NCBI GenBank assembly: GCA_965372215.1
Contig: CBDVBK010000001.1
Coordinates: 39,874 to 103,873, forward strand
DNA length: 64,000 nt
Origin: an uncultured bacterium
GTDB taxonomy: Bacteria; Fermentibacterota; Fermentibacteria; Fermentibacterales; JCC-6
Direction of reading: 5' to 3'
How positions within the stretch are numbered: position 1 is the stretch's first letter; every line of letters starts with the position of its first letter. Under the pieces are notes generated by a model, which saw nothing but the letters and a program-made list of their open reading frames with translations, made no database searches and was not told where the DNA came from. Below are positions 48,771 through 57,871 of this stretch, in pieces. A program made the translations under genes and the position numbers.

Positions 48771-50549
48771 TTAATCTCGCTTTACGTAGTGAGTATGAAG
48801 AAGCTCGTGGGATTTGTGCCCCAGGGGTTCCTTCAGGAACTCCGCATAGAGCAGTTGCACTTCGGGGTTGGCGTGTGATTTGCGGAAATGCAGCGCAGCG
48901 TCCTCGGCGTAAATGGACTCAGTTCTCTTCTGCCTTATCTCCGGACTTGTAGGAATGGGCTGGCCGCCGCCTCCAAGGCATCCGCCAGGACAAGCCATGA
49001 TCTCGATGAAATGGTAATCTGCTAAGCCGGCCCGGACCTTGTCCATGAGTATCTTTGCATTGGCAAGTCCGTGAGCAACAGCTACTTTCAGAGTGACACC
49101 GGCCAGGAATTCAAAACCTGTAGCCATCCTTTCCGGCATGGTTATCGCGGCCTCTTTGATTCCTTCCATTCCCCTGACAGGTTCAACGTTCAACCCGTCA
49201 AACGGAATCTCATGACCTGTAATTATTTCGTAAGCCGTTCTCAGAGCAGCTTCCATGACTCCTCCGGTAGCACCAAAGATGACAGCCGCTCCGGTAGAAT
49301 CACCCATCCACCTGTCAAATTTCTCTTCCGTTATTTTATCGAAGTCGATACCTGCCTCATCGATCATTCTGGCAAGCTCACGGGTTGTAAGAACGTAATC
49401 AACATCTTTATAACCGCTGTCGCGCATTTCGGGACGTTCCTTCTCGAATTTCTTCGCGGTACACGGCATGATGGAAACACTTACGATACTCGCGGGATCT
49501 ATACCTTCCTTGCCGGCAAGGTAGGTCTTCGCCAGAGCGCCGAACATCTGCTGAGGGCTTTTACATGTTGAAACGTTCGAAAGCAGTTCGGGATACTTAT
49601 GCTCGATGAACTTTATCCATCCTGGAGAACAGCTCGTCATCATCGGCAGAGCAACGCTCTTGTCTCCATCGACAAGAGCTTTCTTCAGCCTGCTGATGAG
49701 TTCATGCCCCTCTTCAATGATGGTGAGATCGGCAGTAAAATCGGTATCCAGTACTCTGTCTACCCCCAGACCGCGAATAGCGGCTACCATCTGTCCCGTT
49801 GACCTGTCAATCGGGAGTCCCAGAGCTTCCGCTAATCCGACTCTCACTGCGGGAGCGGTCTGAAACACGACGAATTTGTCAGGATTCTCTATCGCTTCCC
49901 AGACAGGTCTGATTTCTGATGTTTCAAACAGCGCACCTGTAGGACAGCGGACTATGCACTGACCGCACTGAGTACACGGAACATCGTTAAGACTGCGGTC
50001 CATGAATGTAGAAATAGTGACGGAGGAAGATCTGCCAACCGGTTTGATTACTGCAACACTCTGTAATTCCTCGCAGGTTCTGACACATCGAGTGCACATG
50101 ATGCATCTGCTGTTGTCCCTCATTATGCCGGGGCTGACTTCCTCTATGGATTGCGGTTTCGGCGAAGTCTGATATTCGTTGTTTGTTATGTTGTGTACCT
50201 CAGCCAGTTCCTGCAGTTCGCAGTTCTTGTTTCTCTCGCACTCGGGGCAGTTCACATTGTGACTCGCGAGCAGAAGCTTGAGCACTGTCCTTCTCGCGTG
50301 GCGGACTTTCTTGCTGTGGGTCAGAACAACCATGTTTGGAGTAACGGGTGTTACGCATGCAATGGCTAAAGTTCTCCAGCCCTCAACTTCGACAAGACAC
50401 ATTCTGCAGTTGCCTGCAAGTGACAGATCAGGATGATAGCAAAGTGTAGGAATATCAACACCTGCGGTTTTGCAGGCATCGAGGATCGTGACTCCCTCTC
50501 TGACACTGGTTACGGTACCATTGATTGTTACGGAAATATTGGGCATCAT
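48771..50549 (-). CDS. hydA: group A [FeFe]-hydrogenase catalytic subunit (HydA/HndD-like)
   Basis: H-cluster motifs TSCSPGW, MPCTAKKFE, EIMACPGGCLGGGGQP; N-terminal 2Fe-2S, His-ligated 4Fe-4S and 2x[4Fe-4S]. Confidence 0.96.
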   Translation of the reverse strand: MMPNISVTINGTVTSVREGVTILDACKTAGVDIPTLCYHPDLSLAGNCRMCLVEVEGWRTLAIACVTPVTPNMVVLTHSKKVRHARRTVLKLLLASHNVNCPECERNKNCELQELAEVHNITNNEYQTSPKPQSIEEVSPGIMRDNSRCIMCTRCVRTCEELQSVAVIKPVGRSSSVTISTFMDRSLNDVPCTQCGQCIVRCPTGALFETSEIRPVWEAIENPDKFVVFQTAPAVRVGLAEALGLPIDRSTGQMVAAIRGLGVDRVLDTDFTADLTIIEEGHELISRLKKALVDGDKSVALPMMTSCSPGWIKFIEHKYPELLSNVSTCKSPQQMFGALAKTYLAGKEGIDPASIVSVSIMPCTAKKFEKERPEMRDSGYKDVDYVLTTRELARMIDEAGIDFDKITEEKFDRWMGDSTGAAVIFGATGGVMEAALRTAYEIITGHEIPFDGLNVEPVRGMEGIKEAAITMPERMATGFEFLAGVTLKVAVAHGLANAKILMDKVRAGLADYHFIEIMACPGGCLGGGGQPIPTSPEIRQKRTESIYAEDAALHFRKSHANPEVQLLYAEFLKEPLGHKSHELLHTHYVKRD

Positions 50550-51727
50550 ACACCTCCCTTTCCGTCAGGCAGGTCAATGAACCTGGTAACTATATCGATG
50601 AAACAATTTGGTGATGTCTGACCAAGTCCGCACTTGCTGCCTATCTTCATTACTTCCGCAAGCTGGAAAAATGGCTCAAGTTCCTCCATGCTGCTGATTT
50701 CTCCGTTTCTGATAAAGTGTACAGCATCCTGCAGCCGCGCATTTCCTTCACGACAGGTAGTACACTGGCCACATGATTCATGCACGAAAAATTCAAGGAA
50801 ATTCTCAAGAACATCCATCATGTTACGGCTGCTGTTGAAAACAATCACCGATCCTCCCGGTGGGAGATCGTCAAATGAAAGAGATCTATCCAGTTCGTCC
50901 GCAGTGATTGTTGCTCCACTGGCTCCGCCCACCTGCACTGCCTGCACATCCTGCGCGCCCGCTGCCTCAAGCAGTTCACCGATTGATGAACCCATCGGTA
51001 ATTCGTACACTCCGGGATTCTCGATATCTCCGGAAACACTGAACAGTTTGGTTCCGGTACAATTGCCAATTCCAAGATCCTGATACCACTCCGGTCCGTT
51101 GAGGATGATGTGGGGTACAGCGGCGAATGTTTCAACATTGTTCACAATAGTGGGACGGAACAGGTATCCGGAATTAACCGGGTAAGGGGGTTTGTTCCGC
51201 GGTACTCCGCGCTTGCCTTCCAGACTCTCGATAAGTGATGTTTCTTCTCCGCATACATATGCTCCTGCACCCGGTCTGATCTCAATATCGAAGTTAAAAT
51301 CAGTGCCCTGTATATTCTTCCCGAGCAGGTTCTCCTTAATGAGATACTCTCTGGCTTTCTCGATAATCGGAATTAGATACGGATACTCGGCACGGAGGTA
51401 GATGATCCCATGAGAGGAGCCTATGGCATAACCGGCAATCGTCATTCCCTCGAGAAGTTTTATGGCGTAATTCTCGATCAGATATCTGTCTTTGAAAGTT
51501 CCGGGTTCGCCCTCGTCCGCATTGCATATAACCATTTTGTGACTGCCTGAAGCCGCACCTGCAAGGTTCCACTTGATACCTGTCGGAAAACCGGCGCCGC
51601 CTCGACCGCGAATTTCAGATTCCCTGACCTCGAAAACCACATCGGCGGATGTCATTCCAAGGCTCTTCTTTAAAGCGGAACCCGTATCCGGCTGTTCCGC
51701 TGCGGTCAGTATTTTCTTCTCGCTCAT
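50546..51727 (-). CDS. hydB: NuoF-like flavin/NADH-binding hydrogenase subunit (short HydB)
   Basis: RGRGGAGFPTG.KW, CNADEGEPGTFKDR, GAGAYVCGEETSL, ESCGQCTTCREG, SKCGLG. Confidence 0.92.
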   Translation of the reverse strand: MSEKKILTAAEQPDTGSALKKSLGMTSADVVFEVRESEIRGRGGAGFPTGIKWNLAGAASGSHKMVICNADEGEPGTFKDRYLIENYAIKLLEGMTIAGYAIGSSHGIIYLRAEYPYLIPIIEKAREYLIKENLLGKNIQGTDFNFDIEIRPGAGAYVCGEETSLIESLEGKRGVPRNKPPYPVNSGYLFRPTIVNNVETFAAVPHIILNGPEWYQDLGIGNCTGTKLFSVSGDIENPGVYELPMGSSIGELLEAAGAQDVQAVQVGGASGATITADELDRSLSFDDLPPGGSVIVFNSSRNMMDVLENFLEFFVHESCGQCTTCREGNARLQDAVHFIRNGEISSMEELEPFFQLAEVMKIGSKCGLGQTSPNCFIDIVTRFIDLPDGKGGV

Positions 51728-51741
51728 ATCTGCTGACCTCC

Positions 51742-52203
51742 CTATTCCAGACCCGCGATAATTCTGCGGGTTTCATCCGGTGTCAGCCGGGTATGGGGAG
51801 TATCGTTTACCAGCATCGCCGGTCCCTGATCACAGAGTCCGATGCAGCTTGTTGTTTCGAGAGTTATCCTGCCGTCAGGTGTTGTATCACCTGCTTTTAT
51901 ACCCAGTTCTGCTTCAATGGTCTCAAGAATTTCGCGAGAATTCTTCATCTCGCAACTGATCGTAGTACAGAGACGAATGATATTCCGTCCTCTGGGTTCT
52001 GTTGAAAAGAAAGAATAAAATGAAATCACACTGTAGATTTCAGCGTTGCTTACGCCAACAGCGTTTGCAACAGCTGCAACAGCTTCCACAGGAATGTAGC
52101 TCAGTTCCCTGTTGATTTCGGTAAGAATCTGTAAAACCGCTTCTCTGCCTGATCCATATTTTGTCACTGCATCGGAAACGATTTCCTGTGGATTGCGGTT
52201 CAC
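51742..52203 (-). CDS. hydC: NuoE-like 2Fe-2S hydrogenase subunit (HydC)
   Basis: SFYSFF, CTTISC...SCIGLC. Confidence 0.92.
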   Translation of the reverse strand: MNRNPQEIVSDAVTKYGSGREAVLQILTEINRELSYIPVEAVAAVANAVGVSNAEIYSVISFYSFFSTEPRGRNIIRLCTTISCEMKNSREILETIEAELGIKAGDTTPDGRITLETTSCIGLCDQGPAMLVNDTPHTRLTPDETRRIIAGLE

Positions 52204-52601
52204 TGATCCTCTCCCCTCTTCAGCACTTCACGTATCCTGTTTACCAGAATAGCAGGAGGAACTGGTTTTTCGAGAAAAATATCGACAGGGAAGAAATCCG
52301 GATTTTCCTCGGGATTGAAATCGTAACCGGTAACTTGTCCAACCGATGTGAGCATGATGATAGGAACATTACTTCTGAGCCTTGAACGAATTCTTCTGGC
52401 CACTGCGAAACCCTCGTCGGTATGTTCCATCATGACATCGAGTATTACGACATCGGGGTTGTCTTCCCTGACCATTCTGAGTCCATCCGCGCCACTCGAT
52501 GCAGACAGCACTTCAAACCCGCAGGCTTCAAGCACAATGGTGTTGGCTTCAATGAAATCCGGATCGTCATCAACCAGCAGTACTTTTATCTTGTCCACCA
52601 T
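52200..52601 (-). CDS. single-domain response regulator
   Basis: LLVDDD, ILDVMM, MLTS, EKP. Confidence 0.92.
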   Translation of the reverse strand: MVDKIKVLLVDDDPDFIEANTIVLEACGFEVLSASSGADGLRMVREDNPDVVILDVMMEHTDEGFAVARRIRSRLRSNVPIIMLTSVGQVTGYDFNPEENPDFFPVDIFLEKPVPPAILVNRIREVLKRGEDQ

Positions 52602-52724
52602 CGTATTCCCTTTCCATATTATTGCAATTCTATTTCATAACCAATGTTTTTCTTCAATTCAAGCCGGAAATATAAACAACTTTCCCCTGATCCTGCCACA
52701 TTAAAATACCTGTTCCCGCCAATG

Positions 52725-54134
52725 TCAGTATCGGTAATGCTCCGGTTTATACGGCCCATCTACATCCACTCCAATGTACTCCGCCTGTCTGGTTGAGAGT
52801 TTTGTAAGCTTCACGCCCAGTTTGCCAAGATGCAGTCGGGCTACTTCCTCATCAAGAATTTTGGGAAGCATATAAACACCGACAGCGGGTCTTTCCTCCG
52901 CAAGAGCTATCTGAGCAAGGCACTGATTGGTGAATGAGCTGGACATCACGAAACTAGGATGACCTGTTGCGCATCCAAGATTGACAAGCCTTCCCTCGGC
53001 CAGAAGATAGATGACATGCCCATCGGGGAAACTGAATCTGTGTACCTGAGGCTTTATTTCTTCCTTCTTCACTCCCTCCGTCGCTTCAAGTCCGGCCATA
53101 TCTATCTCATTATCAAAGTGACCGATATTGCAGACAATCGACTGATCTTTCATGCGGCTCATATGATTGGCTGTGATAACGTTGTAATTGCCTGTTGCCG
53201 TTACTATTATTGACGCTTCTTCCAGAGCTTCCTCAACAGTTGTGACTTCAAATCCCTCCATCGCAGCCTGTAAAGCGCATATGGGATCTATTTCAGTGAT
53301 CAGAACTCTTGCTCCGAAACCGCGCATGCTCTGAGCGCAGCCCTTGCCGACGTCACCGTAACCGCAAATAAGAACTGTCTTCCCGGCAACCATCACGTCT
53401 GTAGCACGCTTGAGCCCGTCAGCCAGTGATTCTCTGCATCCGTAAAGGTTATCAAATTTGCTCTTAGTTACGGAATCGTTGACATTGTATGCGGGAAAAA
53501 GAAGTTTGCCGGCTTTCAGCATCTGGTACAACCTGTGAACTCCGGTGGTCGTCTCTTCGGACACACCGATTATCTCCGGAACAAGCGCTGTCCAGAAATC
53601 AGGATTTTCTCTGATGCCTGAGCGAAGATTGTTCATGAAAGCCTGCATCTCTTCAGTTTCTTCTTCGGAATCCGCCAATCTTCCAGTATTGCTGAACTCC
53701 CGTTCAAGCTCGAACCCTCTATGAACCATAAGAGTAGCGTCGCCGCCATCATCAACGATGAGATTTGGGCCGGTACCACCCGGGAAGGTAAGTGCGTTTC
53801 TTGTGCACCACCAGTATTCCTCAAGTGTCTCGCCCTTCCAGGCAAAAACAGGTATTCCGGTCTCTGCGATAGCGGCAGCAGCATGATCCTGTGTTGAAAA
53901 AATATTGCAGCTCGCCCATCTCACATCAGCTCCAAGTTCAACAAGAGTCTCGATCAGCACGGCTGTCTGAATGGTCATGTGAAGCGAACCGGTAATTCTC
54001 ATTCCCTTCAGCGGTTTGCTTTTTCCGTATTTTTCCCTCACGGCCATGAGTCCGGGCATCTCTTTCTCAGCGATAGCGATTTCCATTCGCCCGTAATCAG
54101 CAAGTGAAATATCAGCTATTCTGCAATCATCCAT
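52725..54134 (-). CDS. ahcY: adenosylhomocysteinase
   Basis: [57 protein letters not shown]; start chosen at ATG 54134 (AAAGGA SD). Confidence 0.98.
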   Translation of the reverse strand: MDDCRIADISLADYGRMEIAIAEKEMPGLMAVREKYGKSKPLKGMRITGSLHMTIQTAVLIETLVELGADVRWASCNIFSTQDHAAAAIAETGIPVFAWKGETLEEYWWCTRNALTFPGGTGPNLIVDDGGDATLMVHRGFELEREFSNTGRLADSEEETEEMQAFMNNLRSGIRENPDFWTALVPEIIGVSEETTTGVHRLYQMLKAGKLLFPAYNVNDSVTKSKFDNLYGCRESLADGLKRATDVMVAGKTVLICGYGDVGKGCAQSMRGFGARVLITEIDPICALQAAMEGFEVTTVEEALEEASIIVTATGNYNVITANHMSRMKDQSIVCNIGHFDNEIDMAGLEATEGVKKEEIKPQVHRFSFPDGHVIYLLAEGRLVNLGCATGHPSFVMSSSFTNQCLAQIALAEERPAVGVYMLPKILDEEVARLHLGKLGVKLTKLSTRQAEYIGVDVDGPYKPEHYRY

Positions 54135-55053
54135 TTCCATTCCTTTCTTCAAGAATTCCGGACAGTATAAATGCTCTTCCGTCATCCGTTATGTATTTAT
54201 TCTCTATCTTGAATCCCTCATTCATCATCCAATCTCTGACTTCATCCTGATCCAGACCCGGCCAGAGATCACCATGAGTTCTTTTCAAATCCGTGTTATC
54301 GTGAGGCATAAGCTCAATTACAGAACATCGGCCGCCGGAAACACATACTCTTGCGGCTTCGGTAAAAAATGCAGGAGGTTCACCCAGATGATGAAGCAGC
54401 ATGTGAGCAATAACTCCGTCAACAGAGGAATCAGCGACAGGCAGGTGTTCCGCGGTTCCGAGCCTGAGTTCTACATTCCTGTTGTGACATTTCGCGTAAA
54501 GCTTTTTTCCAGCTTCTGAAATCATTTCCTGAGACTGGTCAACTCCTATAACGGATGTTCCCCTCCTGGCGAGTCTCAGAACAAGCTCACCGCTTCCGCA
54601 ACCCGCATCGAGAATCAGAGCCTCTACCGGAAACAGGTCGAGAACATCGGATATATAACTTTCCGGATCGGGCATCAGATCCGATACATGATCCCACACA
54701 GACGCTATGCGATCGAAAAACTGCTTTGATTCCATTCTTCGAGATTGGTAGCATCTTGTCAGTTCAGACATGTCAGTATCGTGATTTTCAATGCTCGACG
54801 CGCCTGCTGCTATACTCTCTATAAGAGTCCTGATTGCGGGGTCATGCCTGTTCAGACTGTAGTAAACCCAGCTGCCACGCCCCTTTCGGATAACGATTCC
54901 AGCGTCCAGAAGGTTTTTAAGATTATGGCTGACATTTGACTGACTCAGCCTTAGAACATCGGATATTTCACTTACGTTCAGCGGTCCGCGAAGGAGAACG
55001 CGGACCATTCTGAGCCTGCTGGAATTCGCCAGGGCACTGAAAATGCTTTTCAT
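54127..55053 (-). CDS. sahR: ArsR-HTH plus SAM-methyltransferase fusion regulator (SahR-like)
   Basis: ArsR HTH ([11 protein letters not shown]...SQSNVSHNL...WVYY), methyltransferase LDAGCGSG and MLLHH; overlaps the ahcY start. Confidence 0.82.
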   Translation of the reverse strand: MKSIFSALANSSRLRMVRVLLRGPLNVSEISDVLRLSQSNVSHNLKNLLDAGIVIRKGRGSWVYYSLNRHDPAIRTLIESIAAGASSIENHDTDMSELTRCYQSRRMESKQFFDRIASVWDHVSDLMPDPESYISDVLDLFPVEALILDAGCGSGELVLRLARRGTSVIGVDQSQEMISEAGKKLYAKCHNRNVELRLGTAEHLPVADSSVDGVIAHMLLHHLGEPPAFFTEAARVCVSGGRCSVIELMPHDNTDLKRTHGDLWPGLDQDEVRDWMMNEGFKIENKYITDDGRAFILSGILEERNGNG

Positions 55054-55060
55054 AGATATG

Positions 55061-55088
55061 AATATATGATAATATTCTCATATGTCAA
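55061..55088 (-). promoter_or_regulatory. sahR-ahcY promoter with overlapping palindromic operator
   Basis: TTGACA-16 nt-TATATT; 20-bp palindrome ATATGAgAATATTaTCATAT (55064-55083) covers the spacer. Confidence 0.65.
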
Positions 55089-55092
55089 ACGT

Positions 55093-55131
55093 AAAAGGAG
55101 AAACCCCCCGCAAATGAGCAGGGGGTTCTCC
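55093..55131 (-). terminator. intrinsic terminator
   Basis: GGAGAACCCCC...GGGGGGTTTCTCC stem followed by TTTT on the minus strand, after the 55150 gene. Confidence 0.75.
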
Positions 55132-55149
55132 TGGATATGAAATCCGAAG

Positions 55150-55746
55150 TTAGAACGCGTTCTTGATGCTTCCCCATGTGGTCTGGTCAAGAGCCCCTTC
55201 GAAATCGCCCATGACCTGGAGAACTGCTGTACGGCTCCAGGCGGGATCAGGATCCCACACACCACCGTACCATGCCCAGGTCTCCACTCCGTTGTAACTG
55301 ACCTGTCCACCGGTACCGGTATTATCGTAACCGAAGCAGAAGTAGTTTCCGTCAGGAATGATAACACTCGAGGCAGATACATCAATATATGTGTAGTCTG
55401 TAGGGGGGAATGTTCCAGGATCAGGATCATCCGGCGTGAATTCGCCGTAGTAATCTGCTGAGGATGCTGGACCGGAAGGAGCAACAAGTCCGCCTACATC
55501 GGTCCAGACTACCCAGCCGTAAGGACCTGTGGCGGGACCGCAGCACGGAAACCCAAACTCGGTCAGCATCAGATCGTATCCGGTATCGTTCAGTACTGAG
55601 GTTATGAACCATTCTCCCCAGCCATCATTTGAACCGCCGGTAGTCGGGACTATGTCGATGCTTCCGCCCGAGTTATACTCGAAATCTTCAGCAAAGGCAG
55701 CTGAAGCAAATACGAGTGCAACTGTCAGAAGAATTATTTTTTTCAT
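55150..55746 (-). CDS. secreted acidic protein with C-terminal TTWGSIK motif (paralog 1)
   Basis: Sec signal (AFA/E), FGFPCCG, ends ALDQTTWGSIKNAF. Confidence 0.8.
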   Translation of the reverse strand: MKKIILLTVALVFASAAFAEDFEYNSGGSIDIVPTTGGSNDGWGEWFITSVLNDTGYDLMLTEFGFPCCGPATGPYGWVVWTDVGGLVAPSGPASSADYYGEFTPDDPDPGTFPPTDYTYIDVSASSVIIPDGNYFCFGYDNTGTGGQVSYNGVETWAWYGGVWDPDPAWSRTAVLQVMGDFEGALDQTTWGSIKNAF

Positions 55747-55785
55747 ATTTTTTTCCTTTCAATTGAGGGTAACTGACAACCGTTC

Positions 55786-56373
55786 TCAGAACGTATTCTT
55801 TATTGCTCCCCACGTGGTTTGATCCAGGGCATCACTGAAATCGGCTTTGACCTGCAGTACCGCAGTTCGATAAAATACTTCATCCGATGCCCAGACACTG
55901 CTGTGCCAGGCCCAGGTTTCAATACCGTTGAAGGGTGTTTGTCCTCCCAGATCGGTGTTCTGATAGCCGAAAATGAATTGTGTCTGATCCTGAATTATTA
56001 CAGTTTGATCCGATACGTTTACATACGTATACACGGATGGATCGCCGCCCGGCCCTTCAACAGGAGTAAAAGACCCGTGATAATCACAGCTTTCAGGTAC
56101 TCCGGATGGAGGTCCGATATCAGGCATCTGCTCCCATACAACCCAGCCGAAATCACCTGTTACTGTTCCACAACATGGAAAACCGAATTCAATCAAAAGC
56201 AGGTCATGCCCGGTGTCGTTGAAAACAGAGGTTATGAACCATTCCCCCCAACCTGCACTCGATCCGGAAAGATCTGCAACGTAATCGATTACCCCGCCTG
56301 TATTGTACTCAAAATCTTCCCCGAAAACTGATAATGACAATGCCATCATGATAAATACAAGTAGATACTTCAT
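55786..56373 (-). CDS. secreted acidic protein with C-terminal TTWGAIK motif (paralog 2)
   Basis: Sec signal, aligns end to end with the 55150 protein, ends ALDQTTWGAIKNTF. Confidence 0.8.
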   Translation of the reverse strand: MKYLLVFIMMALSLSVFGEDFEYNTGGVIDYVADLSGSSAGWGEWFITSVFNDTGHDLLLIEFGFPCCGTVTGDFGWVVWEQMPDIGPPSGVPESCDYHGSFTPVEGPGGDPSVYTYVNVSDQTVIIQDQTQFIFGYQNTDLGGQTPFNGIETWAWHSSVWASDEVFYRTAVLQVKADFSDALDQTTWGAIKNTF

Positions 56374-56512
56374 ATTACACCCCTTTTCATGACCGGACCG
56401 GCATACTGATTCTTAACCTGTCAAATCACGTCCAGCCATCATTATCAGTAATAACAAATTCTTTCCTTCAGTGCAATACCCATGCAATTCACTGAACTTA
56501 GAAGGGGTGATC

Positions 56513-57871
56513 TCATAAAGAAGCCATTATCCGAAGATACAGCCTTGCGCTTCCGAGTCCTTCCTTTACCGGGAAACCCGCTGCTGCGTCCGCTAAGAAT
56601 ATTCCACTCGTTCCCCTCATACCCGCTCCGCATCCGGCCGGATATCTCATTATCTCTTCCGGGGTTTCAATTGCCGCCATGTCACAGAAAAGATACATCC
56701 TTGTTTCCGTCTCGCCAATGGATAGTTCGGGTCTGGCAACGATATACCTGACAGCTCTGAAAGCATTGTCCGGGTAGCCGCGCAAAGTCTGCTGACCGCC
56801 AAGCTGCTGAAGCAGACCCTCGAACCAGTCCCCCTGCATCACTCCGCCGGTAAGAATTTCTCCACCCAGTCCCATGAATCCTCTGAACCAGTCTCCCCTG
56901 ATTTCGGCTTCAGCCATTGTCAGAACACCGGAAGTATCCTGGCCGGTTCTGTTTCCGGCTCTCGCTTCAAACTGAAGGTTTATTCCCTGCCACCCCTGCT
57001 GTACTCTATGGCCTGCGCGGTAGAGGATTCCGGCAAGACCGTAATCGTATTCCTGTCTTGAGCCGTCAGGGGGGTATCCCCTCCAGATGCCTGCTCCTCC
57101 CTTTACTTCCATCGTGTACATTTCCCAGATGATGGAGATGCTGGCCTCCCTGTTAACCCATGAGCTTTCAGGAGTGTCCTGCGCTGCTTCAAGTTCAAGT
57201 GAAAGCGGTATACCGAAAAGCCAGGGTTCTCTGTATCTGAGACTGGCATTAAGCCCTCCCCAGCCGGTGGTCCGGGCTGATATCTCCAGCTCTCTTGCCG
57301 TGCCTGCAAGATTCAGGAACAGAACCTCACCTCCCCCTTCAAGATCTTCCCCGTTCCAGCCCATCGCGGCGGCAAAATGACCGGAACGCCCTTCCTGAAG
57401 ATTCTGGATTAGAACAAGGTTTCCAAGCTCTCCCAGAAACAACGCTGTGGTCCCTGTCTGATCAAGGAATTTTATCCGTTCCAGTCTCCTGAGCCATGAA
57501 ACCACTGCTTCTCTCTCATAGATATCTCCGGGTTTCATACTGAGCAGTCTCGTGAAGACATCAGGACGAGTTCCGGGGGCTCCTTCTATCCGAACCTCCT
57601 CGAGAGAGGCGTGCCTTCCCGGAACCATATTGACAACAAGCGTGTCTTCTGATGGAAAAAATAGTCCGGCACCGGCAAACGGATAACCTTCTTCAAGATA
57701 CCATTGCAGAATTCTGTCCTGCAGAACCGCAATAGATGAATCAGACGCAAGTACCGTATCTAAACCAAGCTCTGACATGTCCGGTATGGGAGGACTGCCC
57801 CTGAAGTCGACTGAAACAGGAAGAGCATCACCTGATTCAGCCACTACCAGAAGCAGAAGCAGAAAGACCAT
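56513..57871 (-). CDS. Omp85 (BamA/TamA-like) outer-membrane protein
   Basis: Signal peptide, POTRA-like VRIEG..GT...LLSMKPGDIY, LRYREPWLFG, loop-6 motif LRGY, terminal beta-strands. Confidence 0.75.
   Translation of the reverse strand: MVFLLLLLVVAESGDALPVSVDFRGSPPIPDMSELGLDTVLASDSSIAVLQDRILQWYLEEGYPFAGAGLFFPSEDTLVVNMVPGRHASLEEVRIEGAPGTRPDVFTRLLSMKPGDIYEREAVVSWLRRLERIKFLDQTGTTALFLGELGNLVLIQNLQEGRSGHFAAAMGWNGEDLEGGGEVLFLNLAGTARELEISARTTGWGGLNASLRYREPWLFGIPLSLELEAAQDTPESSWVNREASISIIWEMYTMEVKGGAGIWRGYPPDGSRQEYDYGLAGILYRAGHRVQQGWQGINLQFEARAGNRTGQDTSGVLTMAEAEIRGDWFRGFMGLGGEILTGGVMQGDWFEGLLQQLGGQQTLRGYPDNAFRAVRYIVARPELSIGETETRMYLFCDMAAIETPEEIMRYPAGCGAGMRGTSGIFLADAAAGFPVKEGLGSARLYLRIMASL

Noticed and set aside
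54127-54185. SAH/SAM riboswitch before ahcY
   Set aside because: No intergenic space; ahcY overlaps the sahR-like gene
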